From Azolla caroliniana (Eukaryota > Plantae > Polypodiophyta): a stretch of 64,000 nucleotides of DNA. Below, in pieces: positions 46,831 through 60,900 of this stretch. Within the stretch, counting starts at the first letter, position 1; each line of letters starts with the position of its first letter. Position numbers and translations under genes: made by a program. Location of the stretch: NCBI GenBank assembly GCA_043228905.1, contig JBHGNT010000012.1, positions 18,228,001-18,292,000 on the forward strand. Reading direction: 5' to 3'. Under the pieces are notes generated by a model. It was not told where the DNA came from and ran no database searches. It saw nothing but the letters and a program-made list of their open reading frames with translations.

Positions 46831-48473
46831 TCCGAGGATTCACCTCCAAGGCTATCTCAGTTCCTTTCGTGATTAGCCCGCACCGTAAGGAATTGAACAG
46901 ACCTTTGATTGTCAAGGCTCTTGACTCGCGCGAAGGCCACTCCATTATCGAACACCTTAGTCTCCATCCGGGACGGTGTGATATATGGTTGTCCTAGGAT
47001 GACGGGATGTGAAGCCGAGTCTTGCACGAAGAAGTGTTGATCCATCTCCACATCTCCAATTGCGACTTTAACATTGGGGAAAGCTCCGTACAAGTCTTCT
47101 GTGGCCTTTGTTGCCGCTCGTATCTTCCATCCGTGGTTTGTGTTGATTGGCCATCTTCCTTTCTTGTAGAATTCGGTCGACATGAGGTTGATCCATGGTC
47201 AATCAAGGCTACCACGGTCTCCTTCTTCTCTCTGATCTTCACTGGCGTCTCCATTGTCGCTCTTGCCCAATGAGGCCAAGAGTAATGGTTGTCCGCCATC
47301 ACTTCTTCTTCCTCCTCCTCTTCGGATCTTGCCATGGTTATGGCACTTGTTTTCACCTCTTCTTCATTCGATTATTGCTGCTTCTGCTTAATCAAGTCCA
47401 CGATAGTATCGTGGAACTCCTTCTTAGCGATCCCAAGTAGCTCTCTCAAAGTAAGGTCGATGTGACTGTCTAAAACCTTCTCCTCAAGGACCTTCCGCAA
47501 GTTGGTTGTTTGTTCTATGTCCGACCTTAGCTTGTAAGTCGGCGCCACTCGTTCCTTTCCTTTCTTCACAGATTCATCGACTTCCATCCGAGAAGGTTGG
47601 CTCGATCCACCGGGCTTCATGCTTGTTTCTCCTATCTCTTTTCGTGGCGTAGGTTGGGCTTGTCCTTCTTTCCCTGCATTCCTCGTATTATGACGCTTTG
47701 ATGTGCCATCTTCTTCACCGGTTCTTTTCCTCTTCTCTTCAACAAGAGCTTCATAGTTGTCACACACAACCTCCACAAAGCTCGTGTTATCGTCAACTGG
47801 ATCCAACCATCTGGTAACTCGTCGCACATTCCAATCAGCATGTTTTAGATCCTCCAAATCTATTTTTCCTTTCTTTTCACACTCAAATACTGTTGGCCAA
47901 AACCCAACTCCCAGCTTGATCGTCTTTAGATTCTCTCTTCCAACTCGTATTCCTGCCGATGCGGCATAGTGCATGGCTTCCACATGGGTTGCATCTTCCT
48001 CTTCCACGATCTTTTTCAGCCCGCCTCTTCCGAAGTTCACTCGTAGTGGCTTTCGCGTCTCGCTCGAGTGGATCATGTTGTCGTCCAAATAGACGACATT
48101 CTTGCAAATCGTGTCTTGCAAGTCAGTGCACTCCCTTCGCGAGTGCTCGAAGCTGTCACACCACACACACCTATAGGCTTCTTTCCCCTTGGGCCCACGT
48201 CGGCCTAAGTTGGCCAATGATACCGCTTCAAACTTCTTGGAGAGCTCTTTGATTATGGATTCTTCCATCGCTTTCTTGTCAAAATTGTTGATTAGCTTGC
48301 TAGGCTCGATCGTCATAGGCGTCTTCCTCCTCCACGATTGTGGATTCTCCGTATCAGTTTCCTCTTGCCATTGTCGATGCTTGTCAAGACGGCTACAAGC
48401 CTTCTTCACCATTGCCCAGTCCGCTACCAAGCCATTCAGTTGTGTTTCGTCCTCCAAAAAGTTGCCCAATTCG
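46824..48473 (-). pseudogene. gag: Gypsy K gag-PR, 5'-deleted and frameshifted
   Basis: CVWCDSFEHSRREC; LIDHGS; collinear with D and E. Confidence 0.87.
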
Positions 48474-49027
48474 GTAGTGGAATACATGCTGAAGGTGAGA
48501 GTTTTAAGCATAAGACAAGTGGGAGAGACAAACCATTAGTTTATTGCAAAAGAAAATCGATTCTTTTATAATTCAAGAATCTTGTGACAACAGGTTGGAG
48601 ATGAAAATGAGAGGTAAAAAATTTTAAAGAAAGGAGCCAACAGCCATGTAAGGAGTGGTCCAATGTGAATATGAGAGATAATTTTTGACAAGAAAAATTG
48701 AGCAAGTCAAGCCAAGAGTTTGATATCAATCTTAGAGATAATTTGTTTTGGAATCCTCGAGAGAAGAAGAAGGAAGGAAAAAAACTAGAGGGAAAAAAAT
48801 GGGACATATATCGAGCTCTTTGTTGATCCCCCTCCCCAATGTTACTTTGCATGCCCACTTTTAGTTACATGACCTCTATTTTTAGTTCCATGGCCTCTAC
48901 TTTTAGTTGCATGCTTCCATTTTCAGATGCATGCCTTTTCCTTTTAGCTGCATGGCCTTGGCTTTTGGTTGCATGCGATTGTCCATATAATTCGGCCAAA
49001 TGACACAATCATCCATAAAGTTTAGCC

Positions 49028-50200
49028 CGTGCGCAATCCGTACGTGCGTCGCAACCAAACCGTAGACGTGTCAGTGCGCAAAAGTCCCGACCGTGCAGTG
49101 TACGCATCCACGCATGCGCACGTCCCGACCGCGTCGTGTACGCATCCGCGCGCAAAAGTCCCGACCGCACCGCAGTTTACGCATCCACGCATGCGCAAGT
49201 TCCGACCGTGTCGTGTACGCATCCGCGCGCTCGTCCCCACACACGCGGTCGTGTACGTGTATGCCTGAAACTTGTGCACGCACGTACATCCGGAACGTCC
49301 ACGCGCACGTACACCCGAAGCGTTAACATGGCCAAACCGTAGACGCGTCCGCGCGCAAAAGTCCCGACCGCGTAGTGTACGCATCCACGCATGCGCACAT
49401 CCCGACCGCGTCGTGTACGCATCCGCACGCAAAAGTTCCGACCGCACCGCAGTTTATGCATCCACGCATGCGCGCGTCCCAACCGCGCCGTGTACACATC
49501 CGCGCGCTCATCCGCACACACGCGGTCGTGCACGCGTAAACCTGAAACTTGTGCACGTGCGTACATCCGGAACGTCTACGCGTGCATACACCCGAAGCGT
49601 TAACACGGCCATTCATACACTCGTACGCCCGAAGCGTTACACCTGAAACTTGCGCACGTGCGTACATCCAGAACGTCCACGCGTGCGTACACCCGAAGCG
49701 TTAACACGGCCATGCATACACTCGTACGCCGAAGCGTTAACATGGCCAAACCGTAGACGCGTCTGCACGCAAAAGTCCCGACCGCGTAGTGTACGCATCC
49801 ACGCATGCGCACATCCCGACCGCGTCGTGTACGCATCCGCACGCAAAAGTTCCGACCGCACCGCAGTTTATGCATCCACGCATGCGCGCGTCCCAACCGC
49901 GCCGTGTACACATCCGCGCACTCATCCACACACACGCGGTCGTGCACGTGTACACCTGAAACTTGTGCACGCGCGTACATCCGGAACGTCTACGCGTGCA
50001 TACAACCGAAGCGTTAACACGGCCATTCATACACTCGTACGCCCGAAGCGTTACACCTGAAACTTGCGCACGCGCGTACATCCAGAACGTCCATGCGTGC
50101 GTACACCCGAAGCGTTAACACGGCCATGCATACACTCGTACGCCCGAAGCGTTAACACAATCGTGCATACGCGCATACGCCCAAAGCGTGCACACCACAC
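49028..50200. repeat. CpG-rich tandem array in the K 5' LTR, a different variant from 42047-43010
   Basis: Repeated CAAAAGTCCCGACCG..ACATCCGGAACGTC..CCGAAGCGTTAACA units. Confidence 0.92.
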
Positions 50201-53200
50201 AGTGTAGCCCAAGTCACCTTGAACATTCTGTGCTCCACACATTGATAAAATGAATATGTTTTGGTTTCCCTTATATATCATGGGTTCCAATGTTGTCCTA
50301 TCTATGTGGGATATCTCACAGTTTTGTCTTTTCTTTCTTCTTCTTCAAACTTTACACTCACATAACTTGATACTTGTTTATCCGTTTCATGCGTAGTAAA
50401 ATACGCTATGAAGTTCTTGAAGACGTCTATCTATATGAATACATTAAGCTAATCTTAAATAATTGTTTTACTAGTTTTCATATCGTGTGTGAAAAACCAC
50501 ACGACAACGTTTACATACAAACCCTAATACCCCGTAAAGAACAAGAAGGAAAAAATGGACAGAGGAATGGATAGCTCGCTCCCGACAGAGAAGCTCAACA
50601 AAACCAACTACGTATCTTGGTCATACAAGATGCACCAATACCTGCTCGTGCATGGCTATTGGAGATATGTCAACAGAGCCAATGATAGAGCACCTGATGC
50701 GGCACACGGGGGCTTTTCGGCTTGGGAACAAGCGACAAGCAGAGTAATGTACTGCGTTGCATCTAGTGTCAACGATCAGCTACGCGGTGTTGGCGATTAG
50801 CTGCGTAGCCATATTTGAGACGCTAAGACACCAAAGGAAGCTTGGACGAACGTGCAACTCAAACAGGAATTGAGCAACATCCAGCAAAAGGATATGTCGG
50901 TGGCCGACTACACGGCCTATATTAAGGAGATCTGCGACTCCCTTGCCTCCATCAACATGATTGTCAAGGAGGATGAGAGGGTATAGGTCTATCTCGGGGG
51001 CCTACCGTCGAAGTTCGGAGAATTCCGAAGGGCGATCTGTGCAAGGGAGAATATGCCCTCATTTTTTTACTTACAATCGATGCTCCTTGTAGAAGAGAAC
51101 CACATGGGTGCATCGACGAGTATGCACACTGATAGCAAGATGATGTACACGGAGGCAGAGAGGCCCCATGGACGTGGTGGTCGAGGCAGATCAGCGCGCA
51201 ATGTAGGCAACCGACAAGAGCAGAATTGGAGGCACAAAGATGGTGCTGACAATAGTACTAGACCCTCTGGAAGCAAGGGGAGTTAAGGTGGCGTTGGACG
51301 CCAGCAAGGAAAGGTCGCAACAAACTGTTGTTATTGTGGCCGAAAGGGCCATAGAGAAAGAGAGTGCTGGAAGAAAAGATTTGATTTGGACAAACCTGGA
51401 TCGAGCTGGAGGGACACAGATAGGCGTCACCGATCGCACTTTGTTGGACGCTCAGAGGGAGCCAGGTCAAGAATGGCCCTCGTAATGAAGCATGAGGCCA
51501 ACCGCATGGGAGCTTCTGACTCGAAGTCGAAAGAAGTTTGGTACGTGGACTCCAGAGCTTGAAACCACATGACGAACCACAAAGAGTGGTTCTCCTTTCT
51601 TAAGAAGCCGGAGAAGCCGAGGGTGATCGAAATTGGAGATGACACCCCACATCCCATTGAGCACATCAGAGATGTCCCTCTGAGTCATGTCGGCCAAAAG
51701 GGAATCATGAGGAACGTCCTGCATGTACCGACGATAACCAAGAACTTGGTGTCGGTTGATTAGATTGTGGATCAAGGAATGCATGTTCGATTTACTCACC
51801 ATGGATGCTTTATCAAGGAGGAAGGCGAGATCATCGCACAAGGGCGCCAGAATGGAAGAATGTTCATTCTCGAAACCAATGATGTTATCACCCCTATGTT
51901 CGTGAAAGGGTAGAAGGTCGAGTGGAATATCGACCTAAGCAGATTGGCCACATCAATTTCCAAAAGCTTTAGGAGATGCAGTCAAAACGTGTTGTTTCCG
52001 GACTACCGAAGTTCAGTGGCCGAAAAGGCCAAATATGTGAAGCTTTCCAGCTCGGGAAGCAAGATAGGCATTCGTTCCCCAATGAGAAGAATCGGAGTCA
52101 GAATCGGCTCGATCTTATCCATTCAGATGTGTGGGGACCGACATAAAACATGAGCATCGGCGGGAGTCGATATATTGCAGGAGATATGGAGTGAAGTTGT
52201 AGCCACACTAAAGAGCCAATATGCTAGCATCACGAGTGGAGCCGATGGAGCGAAAAGAAAACGATCAGCCTTCATCCAACAATGGTCGTCCTCTCCCTTT
52301 CTTTTTTTACCATAAAACATATGCTCTATTGGTATTAATAAAAAGCCCGGAGGCAGTATACAAATAGTACATAATATTGTTTCATCTCCACCATTATATC
52401 TGAAGTGATTCTAGCATTGGGAAAAAAAACAGCCATAAAACACATAAGATGGAACTATCGAGTCCTCTCCCTTTCTTGAGTTAGTAGGCCTCCACATAAG
52501 ATGGAACTATCGAGTCCCTTCTAGAATTTGTATATATACATTCTCAACTGTAAAATTTTATAACTAATGGAAGGAGTTTTGTTTTTGGGAGAAAAAAGAA
52601 CATAACTATAATGTTCATCCAAAGTGTGGTTATAAATGAGATTATTATCTCATGCTTGACAGTGAAGATAAAGAATGATGGAGAAGTGTCCAAACCACAC
52701 CCTCCTACCCAAAATCCTAAGCTTCCTACTCAAGAGGAGGAAGAAAAACTAAAACTCAAAACCCTAGAATGTCAAGCCTCATTTGTCTCTCCCCCTCCCT
52801 TGTTATAGTGAGAGAGTTAGTCACTTATCGCAATAAATGGCCACATGCCCCCTTTTCCCATCAAGATGCAAAAGAGGTAGATTTCTCCCACATACATCCC
52901 TACAAAGATTTAAACCCTTGACATTTCCCCACACAAAGAAGAACCTTAACCATTTGGTTATTCACCTTTCATTATTTTATTTTTATTTTCACATGAATCA
53001 CGAGCCCAACTCACTTCTGCTTCAGCCACAATGAATGCATGTGTATACTATATTTACAGTTTTTGTGGTTTCTCCTTTTTTCCCCCTTTTCTCCCTTTTT
53101 AATCCTTCTACCCACCATCCCATGACACTTGTCGTTATTGCTTGTTGTCTCATTTCACTTGTCTTATATCCATAACATTATGGAACTTTGTCCAATTTGA

Positions 53201-53769
53201 AAATCATGTTTTGGAATTTTTAAGGATTTTCATGGAATAAAAGCTTGGGATTAAGTGATGTAGCTCATAGTACATATATTATATTTCTGGTTAAAACTTC
53301 GGAACATGATGCCAAGCGAATATCTAATATGATGGCTACATCATAAAATGTATATGGCGCAACACTAGAAGTAATATGGGATGAGTGTGGCATGTATTTA
53401 TCATGAGGGTTTTGAAAATTATATACAAGTGTGTAACCATAATTAATACAAAAGATGCATGTGGGTCGTAGTAATATTATGGAAAAGTAAAGTTTATTTA
53501 GCATGTAGTTACATTCAAACTACTATAATTTGTATGAGCTACATCATGATGATCCTTTTTTCAATGCATGAGGTGACATTCTACATATGAGAATATTGTA
53601 AAAATGGTAGTTGTGGGGGGTTTTGATGATAGAGTTGAGATTTATCAAAATGTGAAAGTTGATGATAATGTAATGGTGTCGGATTTGACATTTGACTTCG
53701 AATATTATATTATGTCAAATTATAGTTGGCTTCTCATAAACATGCTTAATTGCCCAAACTTGCATATTC

Positions 53770-55040
53770 TTAATGGTACTCATGTGTTTCTAAAATACAA
53801 GAAAAGAAGGAAATACAAATGTATAAACTCCAAGCACAATTAGCTTGGCGACAACTCAAGGGCAAAATCAAGAAAGACATAATTGGTGAATTTACTAATC
53901 AAAAGTGATTGAACAATATGTATGTAAGCTTTATATGCATAATGGGATAATATCTATGGCATTAGGAATTGAAACACCATATAATGCATGTAATTGAGGG
54001 GAAACAAAAATTTCTAATAAAGTGCAAATGCAACTTTAATGACAATTGAGCTCTTAAAATGGACAAGACCATAAATTCATCAATGAATAGCAATTATCAT
54101 GGATCAAGCTATCAAGAAAGGTTCTCCAGAAGATTGGGTCGTGAATTGGATTAAACCAAATCATAAAAGAGGAGAAAAAAATTTAGTTTCCAACTATCGA
54201 ACTATCATGGTTAACTCAGTTATGGCCAAGTTATATACGATTATCATGGAACAAAAGATTAGCTCATGTATTGAACATCATCACAAATGAGCACTTGGTC
54301 AAGTAGGCGTTAAACCAAAACATTTAATAGTCAATCATTTGATTACACCAAGAGGTAATAATATAAGAAAGTTGACTTCAAGAGAAAACGATGTGTTATT
54401 GTTTTGAGACTTCAAAGATGCCTTTAACATTGTATGAAGGAATGAGCTATGGAAAAGAATGATAGACTCAATCAGAATACCATTAGAGTATAGAGCTATT
54501 GTAGCACAATTGTATGAGTAAAGCATGTGCCAATGGAAAATGGATCGTGAGTTCTCGAAGCTCTTTTTGAGCAAAGTGGGGACCAAGCAAGGGTTTCCAC
54601 ATTTTTTGGTCTATGCATTGATACGATTGAAGAAAAGGCTATAAAAGAAGGATTAGATTATTTTTATAATCCTATGTGTTGATGTTGTTTTATTCTCATA
54701 AACTTTGGATGATATAGAACACATACTTCATGTATCGGACATAGTTTGTCAAAACAATAGGATAATTGTTAATGTGGACAAAACAAAAATGATGACAATA
54801 AAGGCAATCCAACCAAGAGACTACCCCACTTACATAAAGGAGAACCAATGTAGTGTAAAGATTCAATATCTTGGTATTAATGTCCCACTGACAAATAGAT
54901 GGAATGTACGCAATGAGTCTAGACACCAAGTGGGGTGGAATAGTTATTATATGTTTGAGAATCAATGCAACCAAAGTGATTCTCAAGGATGGGAAGTAAG
55001 ATTGACGTTATTCAAAGTTATAGTGGTCCAAGCGTTCCTT
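53770..55040 (+). mobile_element. Decayed LINE ORF2 RT fragment; boundaries approximate
   Basis: PEDW..WIKP.HKRGEKNLVSNYRTIM; DFKDAF; GTKQG; VNVDKTKMM; YLGI; many stops. Confidence 0.75.
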
Positions 55041-55399
55041 TGAGTAGAAGTGCATGGAATGACATGTACTTTGACTATAATCAAGCATACTCTTGACTTT
55101 TTTTATGTGTATACTCTTTCATGATGAGTACCTCTACAAGGTGAGCACCTATTTCTAATTGCATGACAAGAAATATCTACATAAGAATATGTTTTGGATT
55201 TATCTACAAGGTGAGCACCTATTTCTATTCTTATGATGTTGAGGATTTAACCCCCAATTATCTACATAAGAATATGTTTTGGATTTTGGCTTTTTTATTA
55301 CATGCACTAAGAGAGATAGTGTCAACCCACACTTCCACTTCATAAAGCAAAACCACTATAACGTGAATTACGCTAATCTCACTTCCCATCCTCAAGTGT

Positions 55400-56900
55400 C
55401 ACTTTGACATTAGCTCGTTGATTGTATAAAATGTTTCCAATTCACCAAATGTTGCATATCATCCAAAATATATGATAATAATACAACGTCATCAACATAT
55501 AGGAGTATAAAAATAAGCTCTTACTTGAATTTTGGGCCATCTAATCCTTCTTCTTTTGCAACCTTGTTTAGTATTCTTCTAGTTTTTGAATGCCTTGACC
55601 AAAGAATATAGGGGGCAGTGCACACCCCTATGTGGCCCCAAGGTTGCTCAAGAAGTGTTTCAAGAAACTAGCATTCATTTTCAATTGGACATAACTTGCT
55701 CACTGAATCTTGCTACACATATCATTTTTTTCCAAAGATCACTCCTTGATACAATGTTAAATGCTTTCCTAAAGTCCAAAGAACAACAAAGTAGTGTTTT
55801 CCATTTACATTGACTTTCTTTCATGATTACGCTTTAGTGTAACCAAACAATCAACAATGGGATGTTTTGGTCTAAAGCTTGTCTAACCAAGTGATTGTTT
55901 ATGATGTTACTCAACCCATGAGCTAATCTTTTGTTCCATGATAACACTATATAAATAGTGATAATCGAAATAACCACATTAAATCGATAGTTGGAAACAA
56001 ACTTTAAATATTCTCCTTTATAGATTGGTTTAATCCAATTGATCATGAGCCAATTTTTTGGGAAACCTTTCTTGATAGTTTGATCCATGATAGTTGCTAT
56101 TGATAAGTGAGTTTCTAGACTTCCATTTCAAGAGCTCACTTTTTTTTTCCAAAAAAGGAGCCACTTTCCCATTAGTTAGGCGAGATTTTTACAGAAAGAC
56201 TATTCAAGATGGCTTATATATAAATCGGGGAATCACCGCCCAACCAAGTTCAAGAATATGAACATATTGTTCCATCTCTTCATTGATGAGCTAACTAATT
56301 ATAGAATCCTTTTTTTCCTTGAGTTGACGTCATGTTAGCTTTGTTGAAGTTTAAACATTTGCATTTTCCTTCTTTCTTGAATTTGGTCATATTGACTCTT
56401 CTTTCTCCTCAATCATTCTTTGATATTGATACAACGTTAGGACTTTTCAAGTTTATCATTTGAGAGCTTGAACATTTTGAGATAGACCTATCATTCTTCA
56501 TCAAACTAAGCATTACATTGGAAACTGAGCATTTGATCACCAATTATAGTTACACTGAAATATTGATAGCTTACATTGAGAATGACATCCTTCAAATGTT
56601 CCCAATTTGTTTTGCACATCTTTATTGAGAAAAAGGTTCATAGCATGACTCTCAACATCATTTACATATAGAGTAGCTTTTCTATATCAATGTTGCCTAA
56701 TGTACCTCTTTTCCTTTTGTATTCTAAATCTTGGTCAATGTGTGAGGTTTTTGTTGCAATGTGCAAGTATAAGGGCCTATGGTTTGAGTCTAGTGACAAT
56801 GGGTTAATTCTAAATGCATTCACTATGGATGCATCACATTCTTTCACCAATACATAGTCAACTACACTACCTTAAAAAAATATGTTCAATCCTCAATCTA
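55400..56900 (-). mobile_element. Decayed LINE ORF2 fragment of the same family, opposite strand; boundaries approximate
   Basis: WIKPIYKGEYLKFVSNYR; DSNHRP resembles the endonuclease SDH motif. Confidence 0.7.
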
Positions 56901-57657
56901 CAACCATTGCTTCTATTTATAAGTCGATGCATTTACTCTCATGTGTCCCTTTCCCTTTTACTTCCTTGTGTTCACACCTTGTCAAGCAATTGTTCCTTCT
57001 TAGCTCATTACAGCTGGCTTTTGCTTTGGTTACTCTTAATCTTACATGCAACATCACAATGTTATTGGTGTAACATTATTGGTGTAACATAAGAGAAGAA
57101 ATCATAAGAGACATAATGTTATTGGTGTAACATTATTAACATTACAAGGTAGGTATCTTCATCGAGATCCAAGAAAGGCTAAGGTTTATTGTTCTCCATA
57201 GAGAGGGTTATAATGATGGTGTGAAAATGTAGTTTTCCCTAACAAGTATCATACACACTAAGTTCTAACCACTTTACGACATGGCCATGTACTATAGCCT
57301 ATAATACTTTTTCCACAATACAATGAGTGAAAAAGAAAAGGTCATTGCTGAATTGTGAATTGTCACAATTTCCAAGGTAAGTATATGAAGGGACTCATCT
57401 TATTGTATGTACTCATATGATCATCAATGGCATGGACCTAAATTGTTTTTTATAATAGGTTGATTTACATCTACAATGAAAAATATTTGATTTTAGCCCC
57501 AAGAGAAGATCTTGTTCATAGATTTAGAAAATGGTCATACAACATAATACAACAATATCAATGTCAATAAGAGCTAATTAGATATGGTTCAAGGTTTGAC
57601 AAGTGAGCCAAAAATCTAGACTTCATCGAGATTTTTTTGTTTGTGTCACAAAGAAAT

Positions 57658-57963
57658 GACATTACATTCCAAAACGAAAGCAAAATATCTAATGATTAAT
57701 TCAACCATTAATATTGTTCGAAGGGCTGAGATCCCTTAAAGTGGGTGTTTATCACATGGTTGTACATGACGGCATGTTCATACATGTTGGAATCATGGAT
57801 CAAGGCATACGACATTACATTCCAAAACGAAAGCAAAATATCTAATGATTAATTCAACCATTAATATTGTTCGAAGGGCTGAGATCCCTTAAAGTGGGTG
57901 TTGATCACATGGTTGTACATGACGGCATGTTCATACATGTTGGAATCATGGATCAAGGCATAC
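57658..57963. repeat. Direct tandem duplication, 2 x 153 bp
   Basis: 57658-57810 and 57811-57963, one mismatch seen. Confidence 0.93.
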
Positions 57964-60900
57964 AAAATGACCTCTATACCATAATGCTTTGATTGAGTTT
58001 TACATTGAATATGGAAAATAGAGGATGCTTGGTCATTGTAAATGTGGGGGTATATTGGATGCATGTGATGACCCAAAGGTGGTATCGGGAGATGTTGAAT
58101 ATGAACATGATGAGGAAGATTGATTTGGTTTGAACATGTACAGATTCATGGTATGTTTTCACTATTGAGGAAGTGTCCAATCAAGTCTATCAAAAGAAGG
58201 ATTAATGGCTAGCTATTGTCTTACACAAGACGGGCTGGGGAAGGATAATCATCTCCTTTCCATCATTTTATATTTTGTAGCTGATATGGTTTTTTTAAAC
58301 TAATGGAAGGATATGTTTTTTTTTTTTAATCGACCATTAATATGTAAAGTGACTCATAATATGTACATAATATGAGGGTCGAGGCAAAGGGCAATTTGTT
58401 CTGCAAGCAAATAGGAAATTTCAAGGAACTTGGAAACTATAGGTGTTGTTAAAGACAATGCAGATGTAGGTAACTTGCAAACAAAGTATTTGATATGTGT
58501 GCATGTTATGTTCACAACATTATTTGCCAAAAAGCTATTTAAATTGGGAACTATGGCTTTCTATTTATTGAAATAGTTGCATATAATCACAAATTTATAT
58601 AGACCCAAAAGGTTACCTATGAACAAATATACTTAAGGTATCTTGGATATGTTTGATGGCTTATGATCTCATATCCTTCCGTCAAGCAAATGCAAAATGC
58701 TAAAAATATTTAATTATTTTGATATAATGCAAAATTTTCTTGCCAGTGAAGGAGAATCAATAGGGTCTTATGTTATCTATTACATGGGAATAAGCCAACA
58801 CTGGGTGATGAAGGGTTTCATCTACTTGCTCACACCCCCTACAGGTGGCCAAATCAAAATCTCTTGACTAATCACATAACATTAGACAAGATTCTAAGTA
58901 GACTTTGCCATACTCATCTTTCCTACCAAACAGAGGAGTTTTGCATGTGCCATACATTATTATAAAATGTATGCATTGTACCAATTTCAATCCTAATACT
59001 CTTTTTGAGTGGGTTTGTAATGGTCAATTATGAGCATGTGCAAAAACATTAGATGGGTTAGATGTCTTAATATTTTGACTTTTATGCTTTTCTTTAGGCT
59101 AACAATATAAATATAGGTTTAATGAACAATTTAAAATAGAGTTTCAGTTGGAGACATATTGTTAGTGTATTGTTGCCAAACCCCAAACTTATTGTAGTTG
59201 AATAATTGCCCTTTTCCCCAAAAGACAGATTCATCTAATTGTCATTACTATTACTGCTAATGGTCATTTCCTTTGGTACCCCACCATGTGGATAGTTCCT
59301 AACGCACATTCATGTCACTTCCAGATTGAGATTTTGAAATATTTGATGGGCTTCTACAACCGTGGCTTTTTGTGTGCTTGTCAATATGGACAACCTTGTA
59401 GAGATTGGGAAGGAGAGTCTGATTCATGCTCACCAACTTTTCATCACCTAATTATACTTGCCATCCAAGCATAAGGCCACAAACTCCTAAGCATGCTTAT
59501 GGTTACAAGGAGGAGGTTCTATCCATATTAGTTCCATATTCATTTTGTGAGCTTGATTGAAAAAAAGTATCAATAGGCAAGGATTCAAAGACAATGAATC
59601 CTTCCACACACCTGGTTTCAACCAAACCAACTGCTTCTGCAAAATATAATGACAAATGCATCAAATTATGGTGATAATCGCAGACATGCTTTTTGGATAA
59701 AAGGTTTTTGTTGAAATAATGAATCCTAAAGTTATCTTCCATCTTATAATGAATGCATCAAGGTATGCCAAAGGAAGCTTTGGTGCATATTAAGGACATA
59801 TCCTCATCTTGCATCCAAGAAGGATATATTTTTCCATCTTCCCTCATTACATCCTCGATGGTTTTTATACCCTGTGTGTGACTGCACATACACACAATAG
59901 TTGGCTACCCCAAGTTGTTTACTCGTACAAGTACAAGAGAAGGGATAAGACAAGGACATAAAGTTGATTTCACAACAACTTGCAGGGGCATAAATGGCAA
60001 ACAACTTTACAATATTTATATCGTAATCGCAAAGTTTTTAATATTAAAAGCTTTATTATGCTAGGCCTTTCAGGATATTCTATGAAGAGACAAAGTTGTT
60101 GATGAATCCTTTATTATATTTACATGTGTAGAGTGATACCATGCCTATAACTACCTAAAAAATGTTAAACTTTTGGAAAAGAAAATGAAAAGTATTGTAG
60201 TATAACAACTCAAGGAAAAAGAATAACAAACATTGGGATAACTATATAACATTATCAATAGTTTTGTTATGAAATACTTTGTAACGTCTTAGTAAGTTGC
60301 TTTCTCACATAACAATGATTGTATGTGGAATCAAATCTCCTACATGTTAAAATCCTAAAGTAAACTAAATGTGGACAAGCAACTTCATGTGGTATCCTAT
60401 ATAAAGGCAACTCCTCTTCATTCATTCCATACACGTCTCACTATGAGATACCAATTATCTTTGTGTTGTGGCCTATAGGTTATGTAAAGGCAACCCCTTT
60501 ACATTCCATATCTTGTGTGGCATATATTGTAAATTCACCCTAGTGGTAAGTTGTTACACAATTAATCCATTTCGTCTCTCCATCTCTTGTGTTTACAAAA
60601 TTCTCTCTGTGTGTGTGAATCAGCCTTACTAGGGTAAGACTACCAATCCTAAGCCTAACTAAGGTAAGTTGTTAGATTGCTAATTCTGCGTCTTGGGTGG
60701 GGTGAAGATTAAATGCTTCACTAATAAATAATACTTAGTGGCGTGCAATCATGGCAATGAATAGTAATGAATAACTGAATGATGACATACAAGGTGGTAG
60801 CTGTGGCTCCATGATAGTATAACAAAACTTGATCTACGCTTGACAAGGGTGAAGGAAATAAACACATCATGAAAGGGGCCACATTTTCATGTCATTGAAC

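Larger units (their letters stand above)
41365..50506 (-). mobile_element. Gypsy K with about 2-kb satellite-containing LTRs; PBS and 5' gag deleted
   Basis: 3' LTR 41365-43313; truncated 5' LTR about 48498-50506; TSD ACGT at 41361-41364 and 50507-50510; PPT 43314-43326. Confidence 0.93.
40920..52165 (+). mobile_element. Ty1/Copia J (same group as G), degenerate, split by Gypsy K, 3'-truncated
   Basis: LTR 40920-41314 similar to the G LTR; PBS 41315-41328; 5' UTR resumes at 50511; gag from 50555; degenerate PR WYVDS; INT start LIHSDVWGP near 52110-52140. Confidence 0.87.

Noticed and set aside
42047-50200. CRISPR-like look of the arrays here and at 36000-36500
   Set aside because: No unique spacers, no cas genes, and the context is eukaryotic transposon DNA
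57400-58300. Possible very old L1-type RT remnant
   Set aside because: Only scattered motif-like words; cannot be supported without a profile search
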